Source: a bacterium
GTDB lineage: Bacteria; UBA8248
Assembly: GCA_965204535.1 (NCBI GenBank)
Contig: OZ241996.1
Coordinates: 1,248,001-1,312,000, forward strand
Direction: 5' to 3'
DNA: 64,000 nt
In this document: positions 49,693 through 60,536 of the stretch, piece by piece
Numbering within the stretch: the first letter of the stretch is position 1
How the letters are laid out: each line of letters begins with the position of its first letter
Notes under the pieces: model-generated
The model's database searches: none
The model's input: only the letters and a program-made list of their open reading frames with translations
What the model was told of the DNA's origin: nothing
Made by a program: the position numbers and the translations under genes

Positions 49693-50622
49693 ATGTTGGA
49701 AATATCGGGTGTTTTGAATCTGAAGAAACAGCATGGTCCTACTTCACACGATATGGTTGATGAAGTGAGAAAGCTGCTCCCTGGAAAAACAAAAGCGGGG
49801 CATGCAGGCACACTTGACCCTATGGCCGAAGGAGTGTTGCCAATTTGTATCGGCCCTTCAACGAAATTGTTCTCATATTTTTTGGAGTGCAGGAAAACGT
49901 ATCGGGCTGTCATGTTGTTTGGGCGAGTCACGGACACCCAAGACATAACGGGAAAACTGCTGTTCGAATCAGAGCCTGGGGATATTACACTATCTCGAGC
50001 CCAAGAGCTTCTGAATGCAATGTTGGGCAAGACAAAGCAGTTGCCTCCGATGTATTCTGCTTTGAAAGCGAATGGAAAGCGTCTGCATGAATTAGCGCGC
50101 TCTGGCAAGGAAATTGAAAGAGAAAAACGACCTATCGAGGTGTTTAGAATTAAGGCAATCGGTATAGATGGCCCCCAACTTACTTTTGATGTTACATGTT
50201 CTCGGGGAACGTATATTCGCTCTATTTGTCATGATGTCGGTGCCAATCATGGAGCCGGCGGGTGTTTGCAAGCACTCACGCGAACTGCTTTGGGCCCGTT
50301 TGAACTCGCGGATTCGGTTTCTCTCGAAGATGCTCGGCAACATTCGAAAGAAAGGCGCCTTAAAGATATTCTCATGAGTCCGGCACAGGCTCTCGCACAT
50401 TTACCTGCCATTTATGTTCGCCCGAGAGCGGAGGTGCGGGTATTGAATGGTGCTATGATCAGGTTCGAAGATGTTCGGGAAGTCGTTGACTTGCCGGTAG
50501 ATACTCGTGTCCGCATGCTGAATGAACCGGGTGAGTTATTGGCAGTCGGAAAGTTGGTCCATGAAAACAAACGAAAACGAAGCCAGGGGTTTGTCGCCCC
50601 TGAAAAAGTGTTTGTCACCTAG
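49693..50622 (+). CDS. truB: tRNA pseudouridine(55) synthase
   Basis: KAGHAGTLDPMAEGVL, PPMYSALK, CSRGTYIRS. Confidence 0.96.
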   Translation: MLEISGVLNLKKQHGPTSHDMVDEVRKLLPGKTKAGHAGTLDPMAEGVLPICIGPSTKLFSYFLECRKTYRAVMLFGRVTDTQDITGKLLFESEPGDITLSRAQELLNAMLGKTKQLPPMYSALKANGKRLHELARSGKEIEREKRPIEVFRIKAIGIDGPQLTFDVTCSRGTYIRSICHDVGANHGAGGCLQALTRTALGPFELADSVSLEDARQHSKERRLKDILMSPAQALAHLPAIYVRPRAEVRVLNGAMIRFEDVREVVDLPVDTRVRMLNEPGELLAVGKLVHENKRKRSQGFVAPEKVFVT

Positions 50623-50646
50623 ATTCAAGAGAATATCTGCTCCGTA

Positions 50647-50675
50647 TTTACATTGATGGAAAAGTCGTATAGAAT
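50647..50675 (+). promoter_or_regulatory. sigma70-type promoter for rpsO
   Basis: TTTACA-17 nt-TAGAAT. Confidence 0.6.
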
Positions 50676-50756
50676 CCGCCCGTTTTCGTGAAGTTCTGCC
50701 AATATAATTTAGCAGGTTCGAGAGCGGCAATATAAGCAGTGGAGGAAGTGACAGAA

Positions 50757-51026
50757 ATGCCCCTAGCAAAGGAGCGAAAATCGGAAGTTATCGGAAAATT
50801 TCGCACACATGACACCGATACTGGTTCACCAGAAGTGCAGGTAGCTATTCTAACCGAGCGTATTACCTACCTCACAGACCATTTCAAGACCCACAAGAAA
50901 GATCATCATTCCCGAAGAGGTCTATTGAAACTCGTGGGTCAGCGGCGTCGCCTCCTTGATTATCTGAAAGAGAAGGACATCAACCGCTACCGCACGATAA
51001 TTCAGGATCTTGGCCTGCGTCGTTAG
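50757..51026 (+). CDS. rpsO: 30S ribosomal protein S15
   Basis: [29 protein letters not shown]. Confidence 0.98.
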   Translation: MPLAKERKSEVIGKFRTHDTDTGSPEVQVAILTERITYLTDHFKTHKKDHHSRRGLLKLVGQRRRLLDYLKEKDINRYRTIIQDLGLRR

Positions 51027-51058
51027 ATGTGGGTCTTGCCTCAGAGGGAAGCAATCTA

Positions 51059-53194
51059 ATGCCACCGTATCGTAAAGACATTTCTATCAACGGTTATACA
51101 CTTGCTTTCGAAACGGGTGAGATAGCCAAGCAAGCCGGTGGTGCTGTAATGATGCATTATGGTGAAACCAGTGTGCTGTGTACGGCTTGTGCTTCGCACT
51201 CTCCGCGTGAGGGAATAGATTTTTTCCCGCTTACCGTTGACTACCGAGAATTTTTCTATGCCGCAGGAATTATTCCCGGCAACTTTTTCCGGCGCGAAGC
51301 AAAACCTGGCGAGAGGGAAACATTAACTTGTCGTTTGATTGATAGGCCGATTCGTCCTCTATTTCCCAAAGAATTTCGTTGTGAGACGATGATTCAGGTT
51401 ATGGTCATGTCTTACGATAAGTTGAATGATTCCGACATTTTGGCAATCAACGGGACCTCTGCCGCCCTCCACATTTCGGATATCCCTTTCGCCGGTCCTA
51501 TCGGTGCTGTTCGCGTTGGGCGAATTGATGGCGAGATTATCGTCAATCCGACGGTCGAACAACAAATTGACAGCGATCTGAATTGTGTGATGGCTGGAAC
51601 TTCGGACGCGATAGTCATGGTGGAAGCAGGCAGTTTTGAAGTTTCAGAAGACGTCTACATGGAAGCGTTTGAGCAAGGCCATTCTGTGATTAAAGAGTTA
51701 TGCGCATTGCAGGATGAACTAAGAGCAGAATGTGGGAAGACGAAACGCGTCGTCGAGCCTGAAGAAGAAAATGCGGAACTCATGGAGAAGGTTCGTGAAA
51801 TTGTTGTTCCAAAATTAAAGACGGCTGCCGAGATTCACGACAAAATGGGACAATACGGCGCAATTGATGAGGCGAAAGCTGCTGCAATTGATTCTCTTTG
51901 TGGAGACGAAGAGGGAGCTCCCGATGGGAGAGTCGTCTCTGAATATTTTGGCAAAATCGAAAAAGAAGTTTTCCGTGGCTTGATTCTGGATGATGGCAAA
52001 CGTTCGGATGGGCGGGGGCTCCGCGATGTCAGGCCGATCACCATCAGGATATCGCCCCTTGCCAGACCTCATGGTAGTGCACTGTTCACGCGAGGCGAGA
52101 CCCAAGCGCTGGTGACTGTAACACTCGGAACTGCCTCCGAAGCGCAATTGATAGACAGCTTGGACGGGAAAGCCGACAGGACTTTTCTGCTGCACTATAA
52201 TTTCCCTGGATTCAGCGTTGGTGAAGCGAAACCGAACCGCGGTCCTGGCCGCCGTGAGATTGGGCATGGTGCGCTGGCTTCTCGCGCTGTGCAGGCGATA
52301 TTGCCTGAGCAGGAAAATTTTCCTTACACGATTCGCGTGGTTTCAGACATCACGGAAAGTAATGGCAGTTCATCCATGGCGAGCATCTGCGGCGCCAGCT
52401 TGGCCTTGATGAATGCGGGCGTACCGATAACCTCTCCGGTGGCCGGCATTGCCATGGGTTTGATTAGTGAAGAATCGACCGGGAGAACGGCGATACTAAC
52501 CGACATCCTCGGTCTTGAAGATCATTTGGGAGATATGGACTTCAAAGTCGGCGGCACGCGCCATGGCATTACCGCCCTGCAGATGGATATCAAGATCAAA
52601 GGGTTGCAATTGAGTCTCGTAAGAGAGGCTTTGGCGCAGGCCAATGATGCGAGGATGCATGTCCTTGATCAAATGGACAAAGTTATTTCCCAGCCAAGCG
52701 AAGAGATTTCTCCTTACGCGCCCAGAATCATGACGATGCAGGTTTCCAAGGACCGTGTGAGGGATGTCATTGGGCCTGGTGGAAAGGTGATTCGAGGCAT
52801 TGTCGAAGAGACTGGAGCAGATGTAGATATTGAGGACGACGGAACCATCTTCATCTCATCAACGGATGAGGCGGCTGCCCTGAGGGCGATTGAAATCATT
52901 CGTGAACTCACCCAGGAAGCAGAGAAGGGAACGATTTACTACGGAACAGTCAGAAAAATTATGGATTTCGGAGCATTCGTCGAAATTTTCCCGGGAACGG
53001 ATGGTCTTTGCCATATCAGCATGATCGCGAAGAAGAGAATCGGCTCAGTGAGTGATGTCTTGAAAGAAGGCCAGAAGGTCTTGGTGAAGTGCATCGAAGT
53101 GGAAGGTAATGGGAGAATTCGCCTCTCAATGAAAGATGTTACCGAAGAAGAGTTGCCCGAAGAATGGAAGCAATTCTATGCACCCGTGACTTGA
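51059..53194 (+). CDS. pnp: polyribonucleotide nucleotidyltransferase
   Basis: [50 protein letters not shown] and S1 domains. Confidence 0.98.
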   Translation: MPPYRKDISINGYTLAFETGEIAKQAGGAVMMHYGETSVLCTACASHSPREGIDFFPLTVDYREFFYAAGIIPGNFFRREAKPGERETLTCRLIDRPIRPLFPKEFRCETMIQVMVMSYDKLNDSDILAINGTSAALHISDIPFAGPIGAVRVGRIDGEIIVNPTVEQQIDSDLNCVMAGTSDAIVMVEAGSFEVSEDVYMEAFEQGHSVIKELCALQDELRAECGKTKRVVEPEEENAELMEKVREIVVPKLKTAAEIHDKMGQYGAIDEAKAAAIDSLCGDEEGAPDGRVVSEYFGKIEKEVFRGLILDDGKRSDGRGLRDVRPITIRISPLARPHGSALFTRGETQALVTVTLGTASEAQLIDSLDGKADRTFLLHYNFPGFSVGEAKPNRGPGRREIGHGALASRAVQAILPEQENFPYTIRVVSDITESNGSSSMASICGASLALMNAGVPITSPVAGIAMGLISEESTGRTAILTDILGLEDHLGDMDFKVGGTRHGITALQMDIKIKGLQLSLVREALAQANDARMHVLDQMDKVISQPSEEISPYAPRIMTMQVSKDRVRDVIGPGGKVIRGIVEETGADVDIEDDGTIFISSTDEAAALRAIEIIRELTQEAEKGTIYYGTVRKIMDFGAFVEIFPGTDGLCHISMIAKKRIGSVSDVLKEGQKVLVKCIEVEGNGRIRLSMKDVTEEELPEEWKQFYAPVT

Positions 53195-53217
53195 TGTTTC
53201 CAAAGTATGATGTATGT

Positions 53218-53245
53218 GCCGGTCTCCCAGGAGGCCGGTTTTTTG
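53218..53245 (+). terminator. terminator after pnp
   Basis: GCCGGTCTCC-CA-GGAGGCCGGT followed by T-tract. Confidence 0.7.
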
Positions 53246-53331
53246 GTTTCTTCCTGGCAAAATGAGATGCAGTGTGCTTCTTGGCTTGCTTGTGTCACGA
53301 GATAACTTTTTATGAAAATCCAGAGGGTAAA

Positions 53332-54420
53332 ATGAGCAAAACGTCATTGGGTGTGGGTGTGATAGGTTCGGGTAGAATCGGGACTTTGCGGGCGAATCTA
53401 GTCTCACATCACCCGTCTCTTGAGTTTTTGGCGGTATCTGATATCGATCAAGACCGCGCGAAAGAATTAGGAGAACAGGTAGGCGCCCAACTCGCAACCG
53501 GCAAAAATGAAGAAGTAATCGAACACCCTGATGTCACGACTGTCATCGTGTCCACGCCCGAGCATGACCATGCCGATTCCATCATCCATGCCCTGGAATT
53601 AGGCAAGCCCGTGCTGGTGGAAAAACCCATTTCCCTGACTTTGGAGGATTCCGACCGTATACTCTCGGTTGCTGAGAGAACGGGCACCGAACTCAGAGTA
53701 GGTTATGCCCAGCGATTCAAACGTCGTTACCAGTTGGCGAAAGAACAGATAGCGCAAGGAAGGCTGGGGGAAATTCTCGCAGGCACGGGCCGAACCTGTA
53801 ACACTCGCGCCCAGGGACTCCAAATCCTCAAGCGCTCCCCGCATGCAACGCCGGTTCTCGACGTGCTCACGTATTGGGTGGATATGACCTGCTGGTTCTT
53901 GGAGGGTCATCGACCGGTGGAAGTGGTCGCCCGAGGTAACGGGAAAATATATAAAGAACACGGTTATTCGGCGAACGATGTCACTTGGTCTATTGTCACC
54001 TTCGATAACGGGGCTGTGATGAATTTGGGCGTTTTTTATGCTCTGCCTGCGAAATATCCGGCACTGGGCCAAAGTGTGAGGATGGAGATTTACGGTACGG
54101 ATGGCGTTTTGATGCTGGATGAAGACCATAAGGATGAGATGCTGTACACCGACAAGGGAATTCCTCACACATATATTCCGGATCATCGCATCAACACGGC
54201 ATTCTTAAGCAGTACGACTCCCGGGGACTGGGCGGCGGGTGATTATTGGGGTCCTCTGGGTGATGAAACAAGGAGTTGGCTGGATCATGTCATCAACGGG
54301 AGGCCGACTACTCACGCCACGGCTGAGGATGCGCGCCAAACCCTGGAAGTGACGATAGCGATGGAACTGTCTTCTCAAACGGGCGAGGCCGTGCAATTGC
54401 CCTTGGGGGAGGGGCATTAA
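53332..54420 (+). CDS. Gfo/Idh/MocA family oxidoreductase
   Basis: GVIGSGRIG, STPEHDH, VLVEKP. Confidence 0.92.
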   Translation: MSKTSLGVGVIGSGRIGTLRANLVSHHPSLEFLAVSDIDQDRAKELGEQVGAQLATGKNEEVIEHPDVTTVIVSTPEHDHADSIIHALELGKPVLVEKPISLTLEDSDRILSVAERTGTELRVGYAQRFKRRYQLAKEQIAQGRLGEILAGTGRTCNTRAQGLQILKRSPHATPVLDVLTYWVDMTCWFLEGHRPVEVVARGNGKIYKEHGYSANDVTWSIVTFDNGAVMNLGVFYALPAKYPALGQSVRMEIYGTDGVLMLDEDHKDEMLYTDKGIPHTYIPDHRINTAFLSSTTPGDWAAGDYWGPLGDETRSWLDHVINGRPTTHATAEDARQTLEVTIAMELSSQTGEAVQLPLGEGH

Positions 54421-54533
54421 GAAGCACGGTCGGATAGATTTGTCCCCTATGGTGTCGTTCCGTTGGGTGCGTTTCGCACGACCCGGATTTGGACTTGCAA
54501 ACACCAATAAATCAACGACATACGCTGTTTCAT

Positions 54534-55535
54534 CTACGCATTTTCTTTTAGCGCAGTATAATCCTTCGTGTAGTTAGGAGCCGGGGTTGCCCCTTGTCCC
54601 TGGATAATGTGAATTTTCCCCTCGGTTTTATCGGCGTTTCGGAATCCGCGCTGCACACCGGTGGGCACCCAGCAGGCATCCCATGGGTCGAGAACGGCCT
54701 GATGGATCTCTCCGCGCTCGTCGGCCCAGTAGACGACCCATCTGCCTTCCAGCGCGATAAAAAGTTCCTCACATGGGTGGTCATGAAGCGGGGCGCCGCG
54801 GCCATTGCCGCATTCCACCATGGCGTACCCTATCTCGCCTTCGGAGAGAGAAGGCGGTGGTCCGTCCTCTCTGTCCCCGGAAACGCCGCCGATATAGCGT
54901 CTGAGCGAACGAACTCCTTCAGGGAGCGAGGCTTCGTAGTAAACATTCCAGTTTCGAGGACATTCCTCATGACGGACTAACTGGGTGGCCGGATCATAGG
55001 CGGGTTGTTTGACGTAAGCTTCCGTCCTGGCGTCATGGGGCAACCCTTCCTGTAAGGATTCATGGTAGACGGGATATTGGTAGTCGCCCTGGCCATGGAT
55101 GAAATGAATAAACCCGTCATCCTTGCCGACATTTCTGAACCCGCGCATGATGCCCGATGGTACGCGGATGAGGTCATATTTGCCCAGTATGACGTTTTTC
55201 AGGGCTTTGGTTCCAAACTCTTCCCAGTAAATCTCGAATTCACCTTCCCAGACCATGAAAATCTCTTCATCCGGATGGTCATGAAGCGGTGCGCCGTTCT
55301 GGGGGGGAGTCATGGCGATCCCGCAGGTAAATTCCCATCCCGGGAGGGGGGAACGCAGATATTGACCGGAAATGCCGCCGATGTACCGGTAAATCGCGCG
55401 GTGATTCCCCTCGCCATGCGATTCGTGATATTCACCCCAGTCAGGCATCATTTCGCCGAAGCGAATGACCGTAACGGGCGCCACCGTAGTTTTGGGCTTG
55501 AGGGTTTGCTGGTTTGAATTATTGGAAGTATTCAT
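54534..55535 (-). CDS. bicupin protein
   Basis: GAPLHDHPDEEIF..P.G..RGFRN occurs twice (internal duplication). Confidence 0.85.
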   Translation of the reverse strand: MNTSNNSNQQTLKPKTTVAPVTVIRFGEMMPDWGEYHESHGEGNHRAIYRYIGGISGQYLRSPLPGWEFTCGIAMTPPQNGAPLHDHPDEEIFMVWEGEFEIYWEEFGTKALKNVILGKYDLIRVPSGIMRGFRNVGKDDGFIHFIHGQGDYQYPVYHESLQEGLPHDARTEAYVKQPAYDPATQLVRHEECPRNWNVYYEASLPEGVRSLRRYIGGVSGDREDGPPPSLSEGEIGYAMVECGNGRGAPLHDHPCEELFIALEGRWVVYWADERGEIHQAVLDPWDACWVPTGVQRGFRNADKTEGKIHIIQGQGATPAPNYTKDYTALKENA

Positions 55536-55705
55536 TCTTGGTTCTCCTCGACTGTGAGAATTACCATTGCTCCAACCCCGCATTTGCTCGCATTTGCTGT
55601 AAATGGTGTTCAAGGTGAATATGGTATCACCACCCTGGGAGTATTGCTATCCTTGGCTTGAGGGTGGATCGTAAAGAGTGGATTTTAGATTCAGAGGGTA
55701 CTCAT

Positions 55706-57382
55706 GTGGTTCTGAGAAATAAGGTATTCGCAATTATTTTTCTGGTACTGGGAATCCTCCCGCTTTCCGCATTTGCTCAGTCCGCAGATATCGCCCTGGT
55801 GAACGGCAAGATATTAACCGTCGATGCGAGTTTTTCCACCCGGCAGGCAGTGGCTGCCCGGGGCGAGCGCATCTTGTCTGTGGGGGATAATTCTCAGATA
55901 AAGCAATTTATCGATTCTGATACGAAAGTGATTGATCTAAAAGGTAAAATGCTTGTTCCAGGCCTGATAGACAACCATGTGCATTTCATCCGCCACGCGC
56001 TGCGCTGGGAGCACGAAGCGAGAATCGACGGGGTCACCTCCCGTAAAACAGCGCTGTCCCTCATTTCCGCCAAAGCGAAATCCATGAAACGCGGCGAATG
56101 GGTGCTCATCATTGGTGGATGGAACCCGGGGCAATTCCGGGATACGCCGGGTTTGTTTACGAAGGCGGAGTTGGATCTGGCCGCCCCCAACAACCCCGTG
56201 TTCATTCAGCAATCCTATCGATTCATGATTCTGAACAGCCTGGCCCTCCAGAAGGCGGGAATCGATGAGAATTTCGAAGCGCCGAGAGGGTGGCGGATAG
56301 CCAGAAGCGAGTCCGGTGCTCCCACGGGCATCATTCATGGACGCCGGGCCATTTTCCGGTTCTGGCGGCGTGTATTGCCGAAAATTACGGACGACAAAAC
56401 CATATCCGGTCTCAAGAAGCTGATGGCGGATTTCAACCGTGCCGGCGTGACGAGTTTGCTCGAATTGGGCGGCGGCGGGGTCCGGGATTCGACATACGAG
56501 CTGATCAGGAGAAGACTGGCTGATAACGATGGCCTTACGCTGAGGATATTTCACACGCCTCGCTTCCGGGTTCGAACGCCTGAGGCAAACAAAAGAGTGA
56601 TTGAGAGAATTCGAAATTCCCGCCCGGATAAATCTGCGAAGATGATGGGTCATATCGCACTCGGTGAGCATATGTATGCGCCTCTCCACGATTCGGCGTT
56701 CAGGCCCTCCAGGTTCCCGGATGAGGATTATGATGAATTCAGGAAAGTTTCCGAGGCGGCGGCAGACGGGGGATGGACGATTCACGAACATGCTTTTCGC
56801 GATACGACGATCACGCGGTATCTGGATATTTTCGAGAAAATCAATCCAAGAAAAGATATCACGGGGCTGCGATGGTCGATCCACCATGCGGATTTCATCT
56901 CGAAGAGAAATATCGAGCGCGCAAAAGTGCTCGGGATGACTTTCGCCCTGCACAGCAAGATGACGATTCTGGGTTCCGCCCTGAGGCGACGATATGGGGA
57001 GCGGGCCCTCTCACTGCCGCCACTCAGGACAATTCAAAACAGCGGGGTCATCTGGGGGCTCGGTACGGACGCCGGAGCCGTGGCCCCATATCCGCCCATG
57101 TTTTCGCTTTGGTGGGCCGTGACGGGCATGGATTTGGGCGGGGAGAGGGCGCTTTCGGAATCTGAAACCGTTTCGAGAAAACAAGCGTTAATCGCCCACA
57201 CGCGGTCGAACGCATACCTGCTTTTCAAGGAAAATGAGTTGGGCTCCATCGAGAAGGGCAAGCTGGCCGACCTCGTCGTGCTCGACCGCGATTACATGAC
57301 GATACCTGCGGAGCAAATCAAGGACATCAAGCCTCTCCTCACGATGGTCGGGGGAAGGGTGGTGTTCCGATCAGGAATATGA
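55706..57382 (+). CDS. exported YtcJ-like amidohydrolase
   Basis: Signal peptide, PGLIDNHVH, HA, HHA, GTD, GSIEKGKLADLVVLD. Confidence 0.9.
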   Translation: MVLRNKVFAIIFLVLGILPLSAFAQSADIALVNGKILTVDASFSTRQAVAARGERILSVGDNSQIKQFIDSDTKVIDLKGKMLVPGLIDNHVHFIRHALRWEHEARIDGVTSRKTALSLISAKAKSMKRGEWVLIIGGWNPGQFRDTPGLFTKAELDLAAPNNPVFIQQSYRFMILNSLALQKAGIDENFEAPRGWRIARSESGAPTGIIHGRRAIFRFWRRVLPKITDDKTISGLKKLMADFNRAGVTSLLELGGGGVRDSTYELIRRRLADNDGLTLRIFHTPRFRVRTPEANKRVIERIRNSRPDKSAKMMGHIALGEHMYAPLHDSAFRPSRFPDEDYDEFRKVSEAAADGGWTIHEHAFRDTTITRYLDIFEKINPRKDITGLRWSIHHADFISKRNIERAKVLGMTFALHSKMTILGSALRRRYGERALSLPPLRTIQNSGVIWGLGTDAGAVAPYPPMFSLWWAVTGMDLGGERALSESETVSRKQALIAHTRSNAYLLFKENELGSIEKGKLADLVVLDRDYMTIPAEQIKDIKPLLTMVGGRVVFRSGI

Positions 57383-57552
57383 GATTAAGATCAGCATTAT
57401 ATCTATTTGAATTTTATGCAATTAAACTTTTGTCTCTCAAAACAAGAAATCGGATTTGACAGCAAGAATCGGATAGAAGCTTCCCGGCGTTGCGGTTACA
57501 TTATGAATGAATATGCAATCGCTCATATCTTTCGGGAGACGATAAAGTGAAC

Positions 57553-58590
57553 ATGAATGCTCGTTGGGAAGCGATCCTCAAGCGCGACGCCAGGGCGGAT
57601 GGGCATTTCGTATACGCCGTTCGCTCCACCGGGATTTACTGCCGCCCTTCCTGTGCAAGCCGAAAGCCCAAGAAAAACAACGTGTTGATATTCAAATTCC
57701 CGGAAATGGCGGAAGCGCGCGGCTTCAGGCCCTGCCGGCGGTGCGCTCCAAGGGAATCCGGCTACGACCCCCGTCTCGAGAAGGTGAGAAAAACGGTTCG
57801 CTATCTCGAAGAGCATCTGGATGAAAGCCCGACCCTTGCGGAGTTGGGGCGGATGGTGCGCCTGAGCCCCCATCACCTGCAGCGAAGTTTCAAGAGGGCT
57901 TTGGGCGTGAGTCCCCGCCAGTATCTCGAATCTCTTAAAGCGCAGAAATACAAGGATTTGCTGAAAAACGGGCGCGACCTGGCGGGCGCCGGCTACGAGG
58001 CTGGCTACGGCTCCAGCAGGGGGGTGTATGAGGGCGCATCGCGCTATCTGGGCATGACGCCGGCGACCTACAAAAAGGGCGGGGCGGGCGTCTCGATACG
58101 CTACGGAATCACCAAATGCGCGTTGGGTAGATTGCTGGTGGCGGCTACGGAGAAGGGCGTGTGCCGCGTCAGCATTGCGGATACTGTCGGCAAACTCGTT
58201 CACGATATTGAAAGCGAATACCCCGATGCGAACCTGAGTCGTAGTGATGATCAGTTAAAGGAATACTTGAGCATCGTCGCGCACCTCACGCAGGGAAAGG
58301 CGCCTTCAGAATCATTGCCGCTCGACGTTCAAGCCAGCGCTTTCCAGTGCCGCGTATGGGAGCGGCTCAAGGCCATTCCTCTCGGAAAAACAATGACATA
58401 CAAAGAGATTGCCGAGGACCTGGGTCTCCCGAAAGGCGCGCGGGCGGTGGGAAGCGCATGCGCAAAGAACCCGGTAGCCCTGCTGGTGCCCTGCCACAGG
58501 GCGGTTCGGGGAGATGGCAGTCTCGCAGGCTATCGCTGGGGCGTGGAACGCAAGAGAAAACTCTTGGAGATGGAGAAAAAACAGAAGTAA
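57553..58590 (+). CDS. ada: bifunctional Ada regulator / O6-methylguanine-DNA methyltransferase
   Basis: TGIYCRPSC, RPCRRC, AraC HTH, VPCHR active site. Confidence 0.95.
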   Translation: MNARWEAILKRDARADGHFVYAVRSTGIYCRPSCASRKPKKNNVLIFKFPEMAEARGFRPCRRCAPRESGYDPRLEKVRKTVRYLEEHLDESPTLAELGRMVRLSPHHLQRSFKRALGVSPRQYLESLKAQKYKDLLKNGRDLAGAGYEAGYGSSRGVYEGASRYLGMTPATYKKGGAGVSIRYGITKCALGRLLVAATEKGVCRVSIADTVGKLVHDIESEYPDANLSRSDDQLKEYLSIVAHLTQGKAPSESLPLDVQASAFQCRVWERLKAIPLGKTMTYKEIAEDLGLPKGARAVGSACAKNPVALLVPCHRAVRGDGSLAGYRWGVERKRKLLEMEKKQK

Positions 58591-58664
58591 TTTCAATATG
58601 TTACCGGGTAAAACGCATCAGGCGCATGAATGGACGCCAGCGTATCGGGCGGCGCCACGATCGA

Positions 58665-58928
58665 GCGCGCAATTCCCCGCAATTGCCGTCGCGCGCAAGC
58701 CTCCCGCAGCGTGGTATCCTCACGAAGTTTCAGCGGGAGGGAGATTTTCATTCGCGCAATTCCCCGCAGCTTCCCGCATTTCCCCTCGAAAATTTTTAGT
58801 AATTTATCGAAATACACCGTGAATTTATCGTATTTTACGGAAATTCAAACGGCTCCGAGCGGCGAAATTGCGCCATCGCCATACCGCTCACGACTGGCTT
58901 CCAGCAAGCGCAAATGCGGGGAATTGCG
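58665..58928. repeat. non-coding element with 10-bp periodic CGCAATTCCC and AATTTATCG motifs
   Basis: CGCAATTCCCCGCA at about 58668 and 58755, inverted copy at 58911-58928; AATTTATCG twice at 58801-58830. Confidence 0.6.
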
Positions 58929-59050
58929 GAGTCCATTACGAATGAAGCAGGAGTCATTTTGCATATTGAGGGGAATGAGAGAACGGTTTTTGCGGGGTCG
59001 GACATATATGCGGGGCTGTTGAGAAAGTCATCCTTGTGAGGGGACAAAGG

Positions 59051-59157
59051 CACCCCCCTATCCCCCTTGTCAGGGGGGCAAGAAAAAACAAAACCCCTTC
59101 TACCGGCGGTGGGTGTCGCCTTTTTTACCTCCCTGTTAAGGGGGGCAGGGGGGGGTG
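59051..59157. repeat. C/G-run palindromic intergenic repeat
   Basis: CACCCCCCTATCCCCCTTGTCAGGGGGG ... CCTCCCTGTTAAGGGGGGCAGGGGGGGGTG inverted arms. Confidence 0.65.
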
Positions 59158-59183
59158 GTTTTCAAGCCGAGTGAGGCGTCCTC

Positions 59184-60536
59184 TCAACCGCCCGGACGCT
59201 CGACGGTCTCGCCGTATCCCGCCCTTCCGGTCACCTCGCCGTTTTCCATCACCACTTCGCCGCGCACGAGCGTCATCACGGGCGCGCCCTTCATCGTCCA
59301 GCCGTTGAACGGCGTCCACTTGCATTTCGAGACGATATCCTCATCGCGCAGCGTTTCTTCGGCGTCCATGTCCACGACGATGAAGTCCGCATCCGCGCCC
59401 ACCTGGATGCACCCCTTGCGTGGATGGATGTTGAAGACGCGCGCGGGCTGCTCACAGCAGACCCGCACCATCTGGTTCAGGGTCAGCACGCCCTCGCTCA
59501 CGGCGTTCAGCATCAGGCGCACCGTCGTCTCCACGCCCGGTATCCCGAAAGGCGCCTCGTGAATGTTCTCGAGCCCGTCCACCTTCCGCTGACGGGGAAA
59601 GGGGCAGTGGTCGGTGCCGATGGTGTCCACCATGCCGCGCCCCAGCGCCGTGCGCATTCCGTCGCGCGTCTCCGCCGAGCGGATGACCGGCGTGAATTTC
59701 ACGAACGGCCCCAGTTCTTCCAGATGCGAGTGGTCGAGATAGAAATACTGGGGGCAGCTTTCGGCAAAAATTCTCGCGCCGCGCCCGCGCGCCGCCTGGA
59801 TGGCATCGAGCAGTACGGGTTGGCTCACGTGCGCGACCAGCACCTTGCAGCCCGTGAGTTCGGCGAGCGCCACGGCGTCGAGCGTCGCCACGTATTCGCT
59901 CTCGGGGTTTCGCCAGTCGCTGATGCACATGTAGTCCGTCCGGTTATCGGCGTCGATCTTTTCTTTCGACTTCTGGAGAATGGAGTCGCTCTCGCAGTGC
60001 AGCATCACCGTGCCGCCGAAGGAATTGACCTCGCGCATGATGTTCAAGAGCACCCCCTCGGACAGGTCGGGCACGCCGTGCAGCTCGCACATGAATCCCT
60101 TGAAGCCCAGCGCGCCGCCCTCCCACATGGGGCGCAGGTGCGCGAGGTTGTCGACGTCGAGACCTCCCAGCTGCCCGAAATCCACCACCGAGCGCGAGTC
60201 GATGTAGGCCGTCTTGTCTTCGAGAATCTCCCGCGTGTAGACGAGCGGGTCGCTCCGGTGGTGGTCGATCACGGTGGTGATGCCGCCCCTGGCCGCCGCC
60301 TCGGTGCCCGTCGTCCAGTCTTCCCGGTCCGTGAAGCCCGGGTCCATCATGTGGACGTGCTCATCCACCATGCCCGGCAGGAGATAACGGCCCGCGGCGT
60401 CGATTTCGCGCGCCGCATTCGTCTCGGCCTTATGGGTGATGGCGGCGATGCGCCCCCCCTCCACGTAGACGCAGCCCTCGTAGGTGTCCGTGGGCGTCAC
60501 GATTTTCGCGTTCTTGATCAAAAGCTCAGCGCTCAT
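59184..60536 (-). CDS. allantoinase/dihydroorotase-family cyclic amidohydrolase
   Basis: PGMVDEHVH, AARGGITT, LHCE, AHVS, GTDHCP, KGCIQVGADAD. Confidence 0.9.
   Translation of the reverse strand: MSAELLIKNAKIVTPTDTYEGCVYVEGGRIAAITHKAETNAAREIDAAGRYLLPGMVDEHVHMMDPGFTDREDWTTGTEAAARGGITTVIDHHRSDPLVYTREILEDKTAYIDSRSVVDFGQLGGLDVDNLAHLRPMWEGGALGFKGFMCELHGVPDLSEGVLLNIMREVNSFGGTVMLHCESDSILQKSKEKIDADNRTDYMCISDWRNPESEYVATLDAVALAELTGCKVLVAHVSQPVLLDAIQAARGRGARIFAESCPQYFYLDHSHLEELGPFVKFTPVIRSAETRDGMRTALGRGMVDTIGTDHCPFPRQRKVDGLENIHEAPFGIPGVETTVRLMLNAVSEGVLTLNQMVRVCCEQPARVFNIHPRKGCIQVGADADFIVVDMDAEETLRDEDIVSKCKWTPFNGWTMKGAPVMTLVRGEVVMENGEVTGRAGYGETVERPGG

Noticed and set aside
41860-57550. Prophage or genomic island explanation for the low-GC region
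   Set aside because: Content is core housekeeping genes with no integrase, phage genes or sharp boundaries; kept only as a compositional finding.
58665-58928. CRISPR array
   Set aside because: Repeats are short, degenerate and irregularly spaced; no cas genes.
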